Shown here: piece by piece, positions 37,933 to 46,488 of the stretch | Layout: each line of letters begins with the position of its first letter | Position numbering within the stretch: the stretch's first letter is position 1 | Assembly: GCA_003551665.1 (NCBI GenBank) | Contig: PUNE01000050.1 | Location: 14,892-78,891 of the forward strand | Length of the DNA: 64,000 nucleotides | Reading direction: 5' to 3' | Source: Halobacteroidaceae bacterium | GTDB taxonomy: Bacteria; Bacillota; Halanaerobiia; B1SED10-174 | Position numbers and translations under genes: made by a program | The notes under the pieces: generated by a model | Seen by the model: only the letters and a program-made list of their open reading frames with translations | Databases searched by the model: none | Told to the model about the DNA's origin: nothing

Positions 37933-38229
37933 TCACCTCAGCCTGGGAAGAGCCAGCTCAACCCGGCTCTCCAGTTCATCCAGACGGTCAAGGAAATCCT
38001 TGATTTCGGGGTGAGCAAGGGCGTAATAAACCTTTAGTCCTTCTTTCCTGGTCCTGACCAGGCCGGCCTTCCTGAGGATGGTCAGGTGCTTGGATATGGT
38101 AGACTGGGCATACGATAGCTCCTCCACCAATTCGCACACGCACCTTTCCCCTTCTTTGCCGGCAAGTGTTTCAACTATATACAACCGGGTAGGGTGGGCC
38201 AGGGCTTTCAAAATTTCCACCTTTTCCAT
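37933..38229 (-). CDS. ArsR/SmtB-family transcriptional regulator
   Basis: ALAHPTRLYIVETLAG...CVCELVEELSYAQSTISKHLTILRKAGLV. Confidence 0.85.
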   Translation of the reverse strand: MEKVEILKALAHPTRLYIVETLAGKEGERCVCELVEELSYAQSTISKHLTILRKAGLVRTRKEGLKVYYALAHPEIKDFLDRLDELESRVELALPRLR

Positions 38230-38341
38230 AAGTGGCCTCCTTCCGCAATTTCCCGGACCTGAACAGCCGGTTTAGACTCAGTGCAGAAAAAAGAACCGGG
38301 CTAACAATTTTCTGGAACCAGCAATTAGGACAGTCCCCTTA

Positions 38342-39202
38342 TTATGGCCTCAGGGGCTTTCTACAGGGAATTAACAGGGTAGGATACTTCGAACGCCGGG
38401 CAACAGCATCTGCAGTGCTTCCCAGAAACAACCTCTGCAGCCTCCCGGCTCCGCGGGTGGAAAGAATAATCATGGATGTGTTTTCTTCGTCAGCAACTTC
38501 CATGATTTTCTCCGAGGCAAGTCCCACTTCGACCCTTTGAGATACAGGAACACCGATGTCTTCAAAACGACTGGAAATTTCCTGCAGGCTGAAATCATAT
38601 TCCTTTTTGGTTTTTTCCAGTTCTTCCGGATCTTCGCTGGATTCAATGACGGCAACCAGGTTAACCTTTTCAATTTTTTTCCCAAAACCCTGGACTTTTT
38701 CCAGGGCCTCTTCCGAACACCTGGAAAAATCTACGGGAACCAGCACGTTCTGCAGCCGATTGGAAAAGACAGGTTCTGCAACTTCTCCCTCCCGGTAGCG
38801 GTACTTTTCAACATAAACGGGAATATCACTGCTGCGGATAACATCAAAGGCTGTACTCCCCAGCAAAAGTTCCCGAAGGAAGCCCTTGCCATGGGAACCA
38901 ACGAGAATCAGGGAAACCTTTTCTGCCCTGGCTGCTTCTACAATTTTCTGGGGGGGATAGCCCAGTTCAACCCTGACCTTAACCTCAAGGCCAATTTTTT
39001 CCAACCTGTTTTTTTCTTCTTCCAGGACTTCCTGATTATGCTTCTGCAGAACTGTCGAGGCCATGGCTGAGCTCTGAATATCGACAACGTGGGTCAGAAC
39101 TACCTCTTTCAGGCCCAGGCTTTTAAATTCATTTATGCAATGCTGAAGATTACGGGCTGAATCGGAAAAGTCTGTAGCCAGAAGCACCTTTTCCACCAAC
39201 AT
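38342..39202 (-). CDS. Universal stress protein with tandem Usp domains
   Basis: Two Usp units (KVLLATDFSDSA...ILVGSHGKG and VLVPVDFSRCS...STRGAGRL). ATG 39202 follows GGAGGTGG. Confidence 0.85.
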   Translation of the reverse strand: MLVEKVLLATDFSDSARNLQHCINEFKSLGLKEVVLTHVVDIQSSAMASTVLQKHNQEVLEEEKNRLEKIGLEVKVRVELGYPPQKIVEAARAEKVSLILVGSHGKGFLRELLLGSTAFDVIRSSDIPVYVEKYRYREGEVAEPVFSNRLQNVLVPVDFSRCSEEALEKVQGFGKKIEKVNLVAVIESSEDPEELEKTKKEYDFSLQEISSRFEDIGVPVSQRVEVGLASEKIMEVADEENTSMIILSTRGAGRLQRLFLGSTADAVARRSKYPTLLIPCRKPLRP

Positions 39203-39229
39203 ATTCCCACCTCCCCACTCTATATTCCT

Positions 39230-39258
39230 AAAATACCATATACCCAATTACATGTCAA
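39230..39258 (-). promoter_or_regulatory. Candidate promoter for the USP gene
   Basis: On the minus strand: TTGACA (39258..39253), a 17-nt spacer, then TATTTT (39235..39230). Confidence 0.35.
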
Positions 39259-39301
39259 ACATCCCCTCACATACTATGGGAGAGATTTTCCATTTTTAAT
39301 C

Positions 39302-39850
39302 TTAATAAATCGGGGGAGAAAAATAGTGGATTGTAATAGCTTTTTTTTGCCCTTTATTTTGAATATTGTGTGGGACATTCTCCCGGAGATAAAAACTATC
39401 CCCTTTTTTAATTTTAAAACTCTGATCATACAATTGAACCTCTACCTCCCCCTCCAGGACAAAAATACTCTCCTGACCCGAATGAGAAATGAGTTTTTCT
39501 GAAACGGCTTTTCCTGGGTCGATTTCCACATATAACCCAACCATATTTGGTTTAATATTTTCATCAGATAGGGTCGGAGTTATAAATTCATACTCCGTTT
39601 GAACCTGAGGGATAAAAACCTTTTTGCGCTCTTTTTCTCGAATAACCTGGCTGTCATCAAAATCCACCATAAAGGCTAGGAGCGGAACATTAAGGCTGCT
39701 GGCAATTTTTCTCAGGGTTTCTAGTGAGGGTTGACGTATTTCCCGTTCAATTTGGGAAATGTAACTGGGTGTGAAACCGGTTATTTCAGCAAGATCTTTC
39801 AGGGTCATCCCTTTTTCTGCCCTTATTTTTTTTATCCTTTCTCCCTTCAT
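39302..39850 (-). CDS. XRE-family HTH + cupin-domain transcriptional regulator (paralog 1)
   Basis: HTH KGMTLKDLAEITGFTPSYISQIERE and a C-terminal cupin (GDSFYLRENVPHNI). It lies divergent to the CocE-like gene. Confidence 0.85.
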   Translation of the reverse strand: MKGERIKKIRAEKGMTLKDLAEITGFTPSYISQIEREIRQPSLETLRKIASSLNVPLLAFMVDFDDSQVIREKERKKVFIPQVQTEYEFITPTLSDENIKPNMVGLYVEIDPGKAVSEKLISHSGQESIFVLEGEVEVQLYDQSFKIKKGDSFYLRENVPHNIQNKGQKKAITIHYFSPPIY

Positions 39851-39898
39851 TCTACCCCTCCGTTTCAACTTTTTTTGTGGGTTCCCCTAACCCTCCAG

Positions 39899-39927
39899 TT
39901 GACACCGGAAAACAAAACCCTTATAAT
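39899..39927 (+). promoter_or_regulatory. Perfect consensus sigma-70 promoter for the CocE-like / epimerase genes
   Basis: TTGACA (39899-39904), exactly 17 nt, then TATAAT (39922-39927). Confidence 0.65.
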
Positions 39928-39989
39928 TGATTTAACTGTCATCACATTTTTTTTGCTATTAGTTAATAATTTTATTTGAGGTGATAAAA

Positions 39990-42125
39990 TTGTATTCAGG
40001 TAGCAATGAAAGCACCCTTTTTCGTTTTTATCAATCCGGGATTCACCTGGCAAATGTTTTTTATGAAAATTACTCCTGGTCAGTTGAAAGAAAAGATCCT
40101 TTCAAAAACCTCTGGAAAACAAAGGAACCAATGGATTTGGAAAAATGGAATTTTCCCCTGGCAATTAAGGATGTCTGCAAAATAATGGAAAAATTTGAGG
40201 ATAAAACAATTGCCGGAAACATGCTCCTTCTCAAAAGCCAAGGCTTTTCTTTTCAAAAACATCAGAAAATTACCCGCTGGATCAAAGGAAAAGAGTTAAT
40301 TGCCCAGATTTGGGCCCAAAAAGGTAGAACAAATCCCCTGGATATTGTCACTCTGGAAGGAAGCCTGATCGGCTTTATCCAAACCAATCGCTTCGGTTCT
40401 TCATTTTTAATTAGGGATGGTTATGAAGACCTCACTCCATTAAAAATCTGGAAAGAAGCACTAATAACGGATAATAATCGGGGAATTAAATCCCTTGGTA
40501 GTTTTTTTATCCCAACCTCAGATGGCATCAAATTAAAAACCCATGTCTGGCTTCCAGGGGATATTAAAGAAAAAGAACAGGTCCCTGCAATTCTTATCCG
40601 AACTCCGTATGGAATAAATACTTTCAGCAAACCCGAACTTCGTTTTGTTCAAAGAGGTTATGCCCTGATTGTCCAGGAAACAAGGGGCAGGGGAGAATCC
40701 GAAGGTGAATGGATCCCAATGTTTTTTGAGCGAGAAGATGGAAACGACACCCTTAACTGGATTGCAGAGCAAAACTGGAGTAACAAAAAAATCGGAATGA
40801 TTGGAGCATCATATGACGGTTTTGTTCAGTGGGCAGCTGCGGCCAGTGGAAACCCCTATCTTAAAGCAATGGTGAGCCAGGTTACTGCAGGGAGCCCTTT
40901 TGTTGATATCCCACGTAAGGGAGGAGCGTTCATGGCTGGCCTCTTAGCCTGGGTTTTTATGGTTTCTGAAAAAGACCTCAATTATGGGGCCAAAAACCGA
41001 AAAGACTGGAATGAAATTCTTAATTACCGCCCCATTATTGATATACCAAAGAAAGCCCTCGGCCGTGAAATTCCATTCTGGAAAAGCTGGATGAATCATC
41101 AGGATAAAAATGAGTTCTGGGATAAATCAGACTGGACTCTCCACTGGGATAAAATTAAAACTCCCGCACTAATAATATCCGGCTGGTATGATGATAACGG
41201 AATGGGAAGCACCGAAGCCTGGGAAACTTTAAACCAGGCAAGAATAAAAAATAAAAAAATGATTTTAGGCCCCTGGATTCACATGTTTAATACCACCAGG
41301 GAAATACATAATATTGACCTTGGAACTGATACAATCAGGTATGACCTTGATCTCCTTTATCTAAAGTGGTTTGATCACCTTCTCAAGGGACACCAAAATG
41401 GAATGGAAAAAGAACCATCCGTTGAATATTTCATGGTTGGAACCAACAGCTGGGAAGCAGATTCCCAATGGCCTCCCTTAGAAACTGAGTATCAAAGTCT
41501 TTACCTTAACAAGGATAGTTTGAAAAAGGAAAAACCCGGAGATCAATTACCTGATTCTTTCCACTTTGATCCCGAAAACCCCTGCCCACATCTAATTGAT
41601 GTTTCCGAAAATGAAATGGCTGTTCCAGAAAATTATCGAGATGTAGAAAAAAGGGATGATGTTCTTCTATATACCTCCGATCCCTTAAAAGAAAACCTTG
41701 TCATTGCTGGAGATATTTGGGCAGAGCTATATGCTTCAAGTTCAGCCCGGGACACTGACTGGGTTGTTCGTTTAACAGAACTTGATCCAGAAGGAAATTC
41801 GATTAGGATATCTGATGGACTAATACGGGCAAGATACAGGAATTCCTTTTCTAGCCCGGAATTTCTCTCCCCCGGTAAAGTAGAAAAATATAATATAAGG
41901 ATGAGCAAAATAGCTATAACTATAAAAAAGGGAAACCGCTTGCGGGTTCAGGTTACATCAGGAGCCAAAAACTTAATTTTTCCCAACCAAAACACGGGTA
42001 ATGATCCTGCCATAGATGTTCAAAGCACTGTTGCCAAGCAGGAAATATTCCATTCCAGGGAATTTCCTTCCCATCTAAAACTTCCTGTCCTAAAAACCAG
42101 AGCGGATTTAACCAAATGTCTTTAA
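39990..42125 (+). CDS. CocE/NonD-family (peptidase S15, X-Pro dipeptidyl-peptidase-like) hydrolase with a ~170-aa N-terminal extension
   Basis: IRTPYGIN...RGYALIVQETRGRGESEGEW and the nucleophile motif GASYDG. TTG 39990 follows GAGGTG; the track start is GTG 39981. Confidence 0.85.
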   Translation: MYSGSNESTLFRFYQSGIHLANVFYENYSWSVERKDPFKNLWKTKEPMDLEKWNFPLAIKDVCKIMEKFEDKTIAGNMLLLKSQGFSFQKHQKITRWIKGKELIAQIWAQKGRTNPLDIVTLEGSLIGFIQTNRFGSSFLIRDGYEDLTPLKIWKEALITDNNRGIKSLGSFFIPTSDGIKLKTHVWLPGDIKEKEQVPAILIRTPYGINTFSKPELRFVQRGYALIVQETRGRGESEGEWIPMFFEREDGNDTLNWIAEQNWSNKKIGMIGASYDGFVQWAAAASGNPYLKAMVSQVTAGSPFVDIPRKGGAFMAGLLAWVFMVSEKDLNYGAKNRKDWNEILNYRPIIDIPKKALGREIPFWKSWMNHQDKNEFWDKSDWTLHWDKIKTPALIISGWYDDNGMGSTEAWETLNQARIKNKKMILGPWIHMFNTTREIHNIDLGTDTIRYDLDLLYLKWFDHLLKGHQNGMEKEPSVEYFMVGTNSWEADSQWPPLETEYQSLYLNKDSLKKEKPGDQLPDSFHFDPENPCPHLIDVSENEMAVPENYRDVEKRDDVLLYTSDPLKENLVIAGDIWAELYASSSARDTDWVVRLTELDPEGNSIRISDGLIRARYRNSFSSPEFLSPGKVEKYNIRMSKIAITIKKGNRLRVQVTSGAKNLIFPNQNTGNDPAIDVQSTVAKQEIFHSREFPSHLKLPVLKTRADLTKCL

Positions 42126-42303
42126 GATGGCCCCCAAATTAAAGTTATAAAAGAGAATTGTGGATTTTTGGAAAACCCCTGTGGCGTTTACCACAAATTT
42201 ACAACAGGGACTGCTAGGAATACAAAAATTGTTTTAATGGATTTTAACAATGATCAGTTTTGCATGACAGGTCTAAATATTTTTATACCAGGAGGAATTA
42301 ATA

Positions 42304-43374
42304 TTGAAAATTACCGATGTAAAAACCTGCAAATATAACCTGGAACTTGTTGAACCGTTTTCTATTGCCCTGGGAACCCTGGAAAAAGCAGAAAATGTTC
42401 TTGTGAAAATTGTAACCGATAATGGATTGGTGGGAATAGGGGAAGCTGCGCCAACACCTTTTGTCACTTATGAAACTCCCGGAAGTATCATAACCCTGAT
42501 TGAAAAGCATTTCAAAAAACTTCTTATTGGAGAAGATCCTCGAAACACCGAACTTTTGATAACCAAAATGGATCAAGTAATTAAAGGAAACAGTTGCGCA
42601 AAATCCGCAATTGATATTGCCTTATTTGACCTCGTCGGTCAGATTTATGAAACCCCTTTATTTCAAGTCCTTGGTGGCTCCAAAAATTCCTTCACCAGCG
42701 ATTGCACCATATCAATTGGGGAGCCGGAAGAAGTGGAAAAAAAAGCCAGAACAATAATTAATCAGGGTTACTCGATTTTAAAAATCAAAGTGGGGCTTGA
42801 TGAAGAAAAAGAACTTTCTGGCATAAAGCGACTGCGTGATTCCTTAGATCCCGGGATTAGAATAAGATTGGATGCCAACCAGGGCTGGAACCCTAAACAG
42901 GCCCTCTCAATAATAGAAAAGGTGGAAAAGTTTGATATTGAACTTATTGAACAACCCGTTCCTAAGGAAGATTTTTCTGGTCTTGCTTTTATCCGTGCAA
43001 GAACCAATATTCCCATTATGGCGGACGAAAGCCTTTTTTCTCCGCAGGATGCCCTGCGCCTGGTCCAGATGGAAGCCGCCGATTTATTTAATATAAAATT
43101 AATGAAAAGCGGAGGCCTACTGAAAGCAAAAAAAATTGCTGCTATTGGTGAAGCAGCAGGGATTAACTGTATTGTAGGGTGCATGATGGAAAGCAGAGTA
43201 GCCCTGACTGCTGCGGCCCACCTTGTTGCTTCCACACCCAATATAACTGGAGCGGACTTAGACGCTCAAAATGCTTTGAGAACAGATCCCGTAGTAGGAG
43301 GAGTTGACTTTAAGGGAGGTCCAATTCCTCTTCCCTTGTCTCCCGGCCTGGGAATTAAGAAAATTAATATTTAA
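42304..43374 (+). CDS. Dipeptide epimerase (L-Ala-D/L-Glu epimerase-like, enolase superfamily)
   Basis: KxK in ILKIKVG, metal ligands in RLDANQGW, ELIEQP and IMADES, and the second catalytic Lys in FNIKLMKSGG. The TTG start follows GGAGG at 8 nt. Confidence 0.85.
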   Translation: MKITDVKTCKYNLELVEPFSIALGTLEKAENVLVKIVTDNGLVGIGEAAPTPFVTYETPGSIITLIEKHFKKLLIGEDPRNTELLITKMDQVIKGNSCAKSAIDIALFDLVGQIYETPLFQVLGGSKNSFTSDCTISIGEPEEVEKKARTIINQGYSILKIKVGLDEEKELSGIKRLRDSLDPGIRIRLDANQGWNPKQALSIIEKVEKFDIELIEQPVPKEDFSGLAFIRARTNIPIMADESLFSPQDALRLVQMEAADLFNIKLMKSGGLLKAKKIAAIGEAAGINCIVGCMMESRVALTAAAHLVASTPNITGADLDAQNALRTDPVVGGVDFKGGPIPLPLSPGLGIKKINI

Positions 43375-43376
43375 AA

Positions 43377-43399
43377 AGAGGGCCCCCCGCCCTCTTTTT
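43377..43399. terminator. Bidirectional terminator between convergent genes
   Basis: agagggc (43377-43383), ccccc loop, gccctct (43389-43395), flanked by an A-run and a T-run. Confidence 0.7.
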
Positions 43400-43541
43400 A
43401 AAATTCCTGGCGACTCTTTTTTTCTTTTATTTCGTCTTCCAGGGCTTTTTTTAAACAATCCTTGCATAAAAAAACTATTCGTGAACCAACACTTTTTTCC
43501 CCACAAATAAAACAAATTTCCTCTGGAAAAGCCCCCCCCAA
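43398..43541 (-). CDS. Small zinc-ribbon protein (47 aa, CxxC-x12-CxxC)
   Basis: TTG 43541 has GGAGGTG 5 nt upstream. Product MGGAFPEEICFICGEKSVGSRIVFLCKDCLKKALEDEIKEKKSRQEF. The stop abuts the terminator hairpin. Confidence 0.5.
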   Translation of the reverse strand: MGGAFPEEICFICGEKSVGSRIVFLCKDCLKKALEDEIKEKKSRQEF

Positions 43542-43591
43542 AACAACACCTCCAAATATTAAATTAGGAATTAACCCACACCTATTGTCCC

Positions 43592-44140
43592 CTAATAAAT
43601 TGGAGGGGAAAAATAGTGGATTGTTATAGATTCTTCTTTTCCCGAACAAAGGATATTGTGGGGAATGTTTTCTCGAATATAAAAACTATCTCCCTCTTTT
43701 AGCTTTGCCACCTGATCATACAAATGAACCTCGATTTCTCCTTTTAAAACCAGAATACTTTCCTGACCAGAATGGGCAACAAGTTTTTCTGAAACCCATT
43801 TTCCCGGTTCCAGTTTTGCATAAAGGCCCACCATATTTGGTTTTATATTCTCGTCAGAGCTTATTGGTGTTATAAACTGGTATTCAGTTCCAATTTCTGG
43901 CATGTAGGTGGTTTTCCTGTTTTGCTTTTTGATTATAAAACTGTCATCGTTATCAATCATAAAAGCTAAAACAGGCACCTCCAGGCACTCAGCAATTTTC
44001 CGCAATGATACAAGGGAAGGTTGCCTTATGCCTCGTTCTATCTGGGAAATATAGCTTGCAGTAATTCCTGTTTTTTCCGCAAGTTCTTGCAAAGTAAAGC
44101 CTTTTCTCTTCCTTACCTCTTTTATTCTTCCACCTTCCAT
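43592..44140 (-). CDS. XRE-family HTH + cupin-domain transcriptional regulator (paralog 2)
   Basis: It has the same architecture as 39302..39850, and both end in ITIHYFSPPIY. The 3' ends are 33/39 nt identical. Confidence 0.85.
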   Translation of the reverse strand: MEGGRIKEVRKRKGFTLQELAEKTGITASYISQIERGIRQPSLVSLRKIAECLEVPVLAFMIDNDDSFIIKKQNRKTTYMPEIGTEYQFITPISSDENIKPNMVGLYAKLEPGKWVSEKLVAHSGQESILVLKGEIEVHLYDQVAKLKEGDSFYIRENIPHNILCSGKEESITIHYFSPPIY

Positions 44141-44189
44141 TACCCCGCCCCTCTCTACTTTAATTGTTCTCTTCTTAAAACCCCTGTCT

Positions 44190-45578
44190 TTATTTTTTCC
44201 TTTTTATAATTCTTCCTCCGAACCTGATTGCTCTAGCTTCATCTTGTCCATCAAATAAAAACCCTAATTCCAGTTCAAGACTTCCCAAATAACAAATCGC
44301 CGTATCATTAGCAACAGGGTGGATAGGATATTCTTTGTCAAAAACCTCGGACCCTTCAAGTTTTAAAACAAGCTTATTTTCTTTTTGTTCAATAATAATT
44401 GTTCCTCCTTCATCAGAATGATATGTCCCCATAAGCCTTTGCTGACGGTTTCTTGCCCATTTTTTCTCGTGGTATTCAAAACGAGGAGTTGCAGGTTTCA
44501 GACCAAGGAACCAATTAATTGCGCCCATCCAGATTTTCCCCGAAGGTGTCTCCCTTAAGTTAGTTAAGACAACCGCTGAAATCCCCTTCTCTGGAATAAA
44601 ACCAGCATGCGAGGAAGCCCCCTTGAGATTTCCCCCGTGGTCTACAATGGTGACCCCATGGTAGGAAGGTTGAACATGAAATCCATAGCCGTAATAACTC
44701 TTTAATGAGAAGGGTGCTCCAGGGTAGGTTATTTTTGCTAGACCCTCCTTGGAAATCAGTTTTCTACCCTTATATTCTCCTCCCTGAGCGAGCATCTGGG
44801 TATATTTGATCATATCCCGGGGAGTAGATTTTAGAGAGCCTGCTGCATAAAAAGGAGGTGCTTCCTGCCAGTTAGGGGAGCAAAAAATATCCTCTCCTTT
44901 TTTATAATAAAGGGTTGTCCTGTTGCCATCTTCTAAAACCTGATCCAAGCAAAAAGTGCTTCTTTCCATTTCCAGAGGATCGAGTATTTTTTCTTTTACA
45001 TACTGAGAATAAGTCAGACCACTGACTTCCTCAATTATCGCACCCAGAAGAGCATACCCATCATTGGAGTAACTGGAGTACTCTCCCGGGTGGCCAAGCA
45101 TTTCAAATTCTCCTCCGGCAATAAAATCAATTAAGTCCCCATAATTATTTATTGGGTAGGGTGGGTTCATTTCTTCCTCCCCTATATCCGGGGATGTATT
45201 CTCCCAAAAAGAGTATTTAAAACAGGGCAGGGGAGGAAGCCCCGAGGTATGGTTTAGAAGGTTGTGGATAGTAACCTTATTTGTGTCATAACCAGGAATG
45301 GAAAATCCTGCCAGGTATTTTGTTACCGGATCGGATAAAGAAAGAAAGCCATCCTCTTTCAGCTGAATTATTGCAACTCCAGTAATCGATTTGGTTAGCG
45401 AAGCTATTCCAAAAATCGTATCCTCATCTATTTCCTTCCCATTATTATCCCGGCAGCCACTTGTCCAAAAATATTCCACCCGGTCATCCCGGGAAACAAT
45501 TACTGCCCCTCCGGGGGTTTTGTTTTCCTCAAGGATTTCTTGGGCATATTTTTCAAAAGCGATATTTTTTCCTGGCAT
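44190..45578 (-). CDS. Beta-lactamase-fold serine hydrolase (S12 family; D-aminopeptidase / D-stereospecific peptidase candidate)
   Basis: SxxK (ASLTKS), YxN (YSNDGY), HGG in place of KTG, plus a C-terminal extra domain. Confidence 0.8.
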   Translation of the reverse strand: MPGKNIAFEKYAQEILEENKTPGGAVIVSRDDRVEYFWTSGCRDNNGKEIDEDTIFGIASLTKSITGVAIIQLKEDGFLSLSDPVTKYLAGFSIPGYDTNKVTIHNLLNHTSGLPPLPCFKYSFWENTSPDIGEEEMNPPYPINNYGDLIDFIAGGEFEMLGHPGEYSSYSNDGYALLGAIIEEVSGLTYSQYVKEKILDPLEMERSTFCLDQVLEDGNRTTLYYKKGEDIFCSPNWQEAPPFYAAGSLKSTPRDMIKYTQMLAQGGEYKGRKLISKEGLAKITYPGAPFSLKSYYGYGFHVQPSYHGVTIVDHGGNLKGASSHAGFIPEKGISAVVLTNLRETPSGKIWMGAINWFLGLKPATPRFEYHEKKWARNRQQRLMGTYHSDEGGTIIIEQKENKLVLKLEGSEVFDKEYPIHPVANDTAICYLGSLELELGFLFDGQDEARAIRFGGRIIKRKK

Positions 45579-45597
45579 ATAATAATCCTCCTGCAGC

Positions 45598-46476
45598 CTA
45601 ATGTTTTAATTTTGGATCAAATACATCCCGAACCGCGTTCCCTAAAAGGTTGAAGCCGAGAACGGAAAAAAGAATTGCCACTCCCGGGAAATTGACCAGC
45701 CAGGGAGCAAGCTCCATGTAAACCCTCGATCGGACAAGTAAAGCCCCCCATTCCGGTGTTGGGGGCTGAGCCCCCAGTCCAATAAAGCTGAGGCCCGCTG
45801 CACTTAAAATTGCTGCCGGAAACTGGAGGGTAGCCATAACAAGGACAGGAGAAATAATATTGGGGAGTACGTGCCTGAAAAGGATCCTCCTGTTTTTTGC
45901 TCCCTGGGCTTTAATGGCTTCAATATATACCTCCTGTTTAATCTCCAGAGTAGAGCCCCGCACAGTTCGAATATACCCAGCTATTCCCGAAATTCCAACT
46001 GCTATCATTGCATTTTGCAGGCTGGGACCCAATACTGCGACAATCCCCAGGGCCAGAATAAAACCCGGAAAGGCCATCAAAATATCAACAAGCCGCATAA
46101 ACAATAAGTCAAAAGTTCCGCCCAGGTATCCTGAGAGTAAACCAAGTAAGGTTCCCGCAACCAGAGAAATTCCCACAGAAATTATTCCAATCTGCAGGGT
46201 AATTCTGGAACCATATATAATTCTACTGAATAAATCCCTGCCCATTTCGTCAGTTCCTAATAAATGCTCCCCTCCTGGAGCTTCCAGTCTCCCGATAATA
46301 TTCATTTCAAAGGGATCATGAGTTGCAATAAATGGAGCGCCAATGGCCATTAAAATCAACAGTATAATTATACCCCCCCCAATTCTGGCGCTTCCTTTTC
46401 TCCAGAGGCGTTTTAGCATGAGCCTTCCTACTGACAAACCTGTATTTCTTTCTTCGTTTTCCTTTTTTGCGGTCAC
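45598..46476 (-). CDS. Dipeptide/oligopeptide ABC permease (DppC-like)
   Basis: Permease core with EAIKAQGAKNRRILFRHVLPNI. GTG start after GGAGGTG. Confidence 0.9.
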   Translation of the reverse strand: MTAKKENEERNTGLSVGRLMLKRLWRKGSARIGGGIIILLILMAIGAPFIATHDPFEMNIIGRLEAPGGEHLLGTDEMGRDLFSRIIYGSRITLQIGIISVGISLVAGTLLGLLSGYLGGTFDLLFMRLVDILMAFPGFILALGIVAVLGPSLQNAMIAVGISGIAGYIRTVRGSTLEIKQEVYIEAIKAQGAKNRRILFRHVLPNIISPVLVMATLQFPAAILSAAGLSFIGLGAQPPTPEWGALLVRSRVYMELAPWLVNFPGVAILFSVLGFNLLGNAVRDVFDPKLKH

Positions 46477-46488
46477 CTTAACACCTCC

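Noticed and set aside
43542-43649. The 83-aa version of the zinc-ribbon ORF
   Set aside because: Its first 36 codons overlap the 3' end of the XRE-cupin gene and lack an RBS. The internal TTG 43541 has a strong one.
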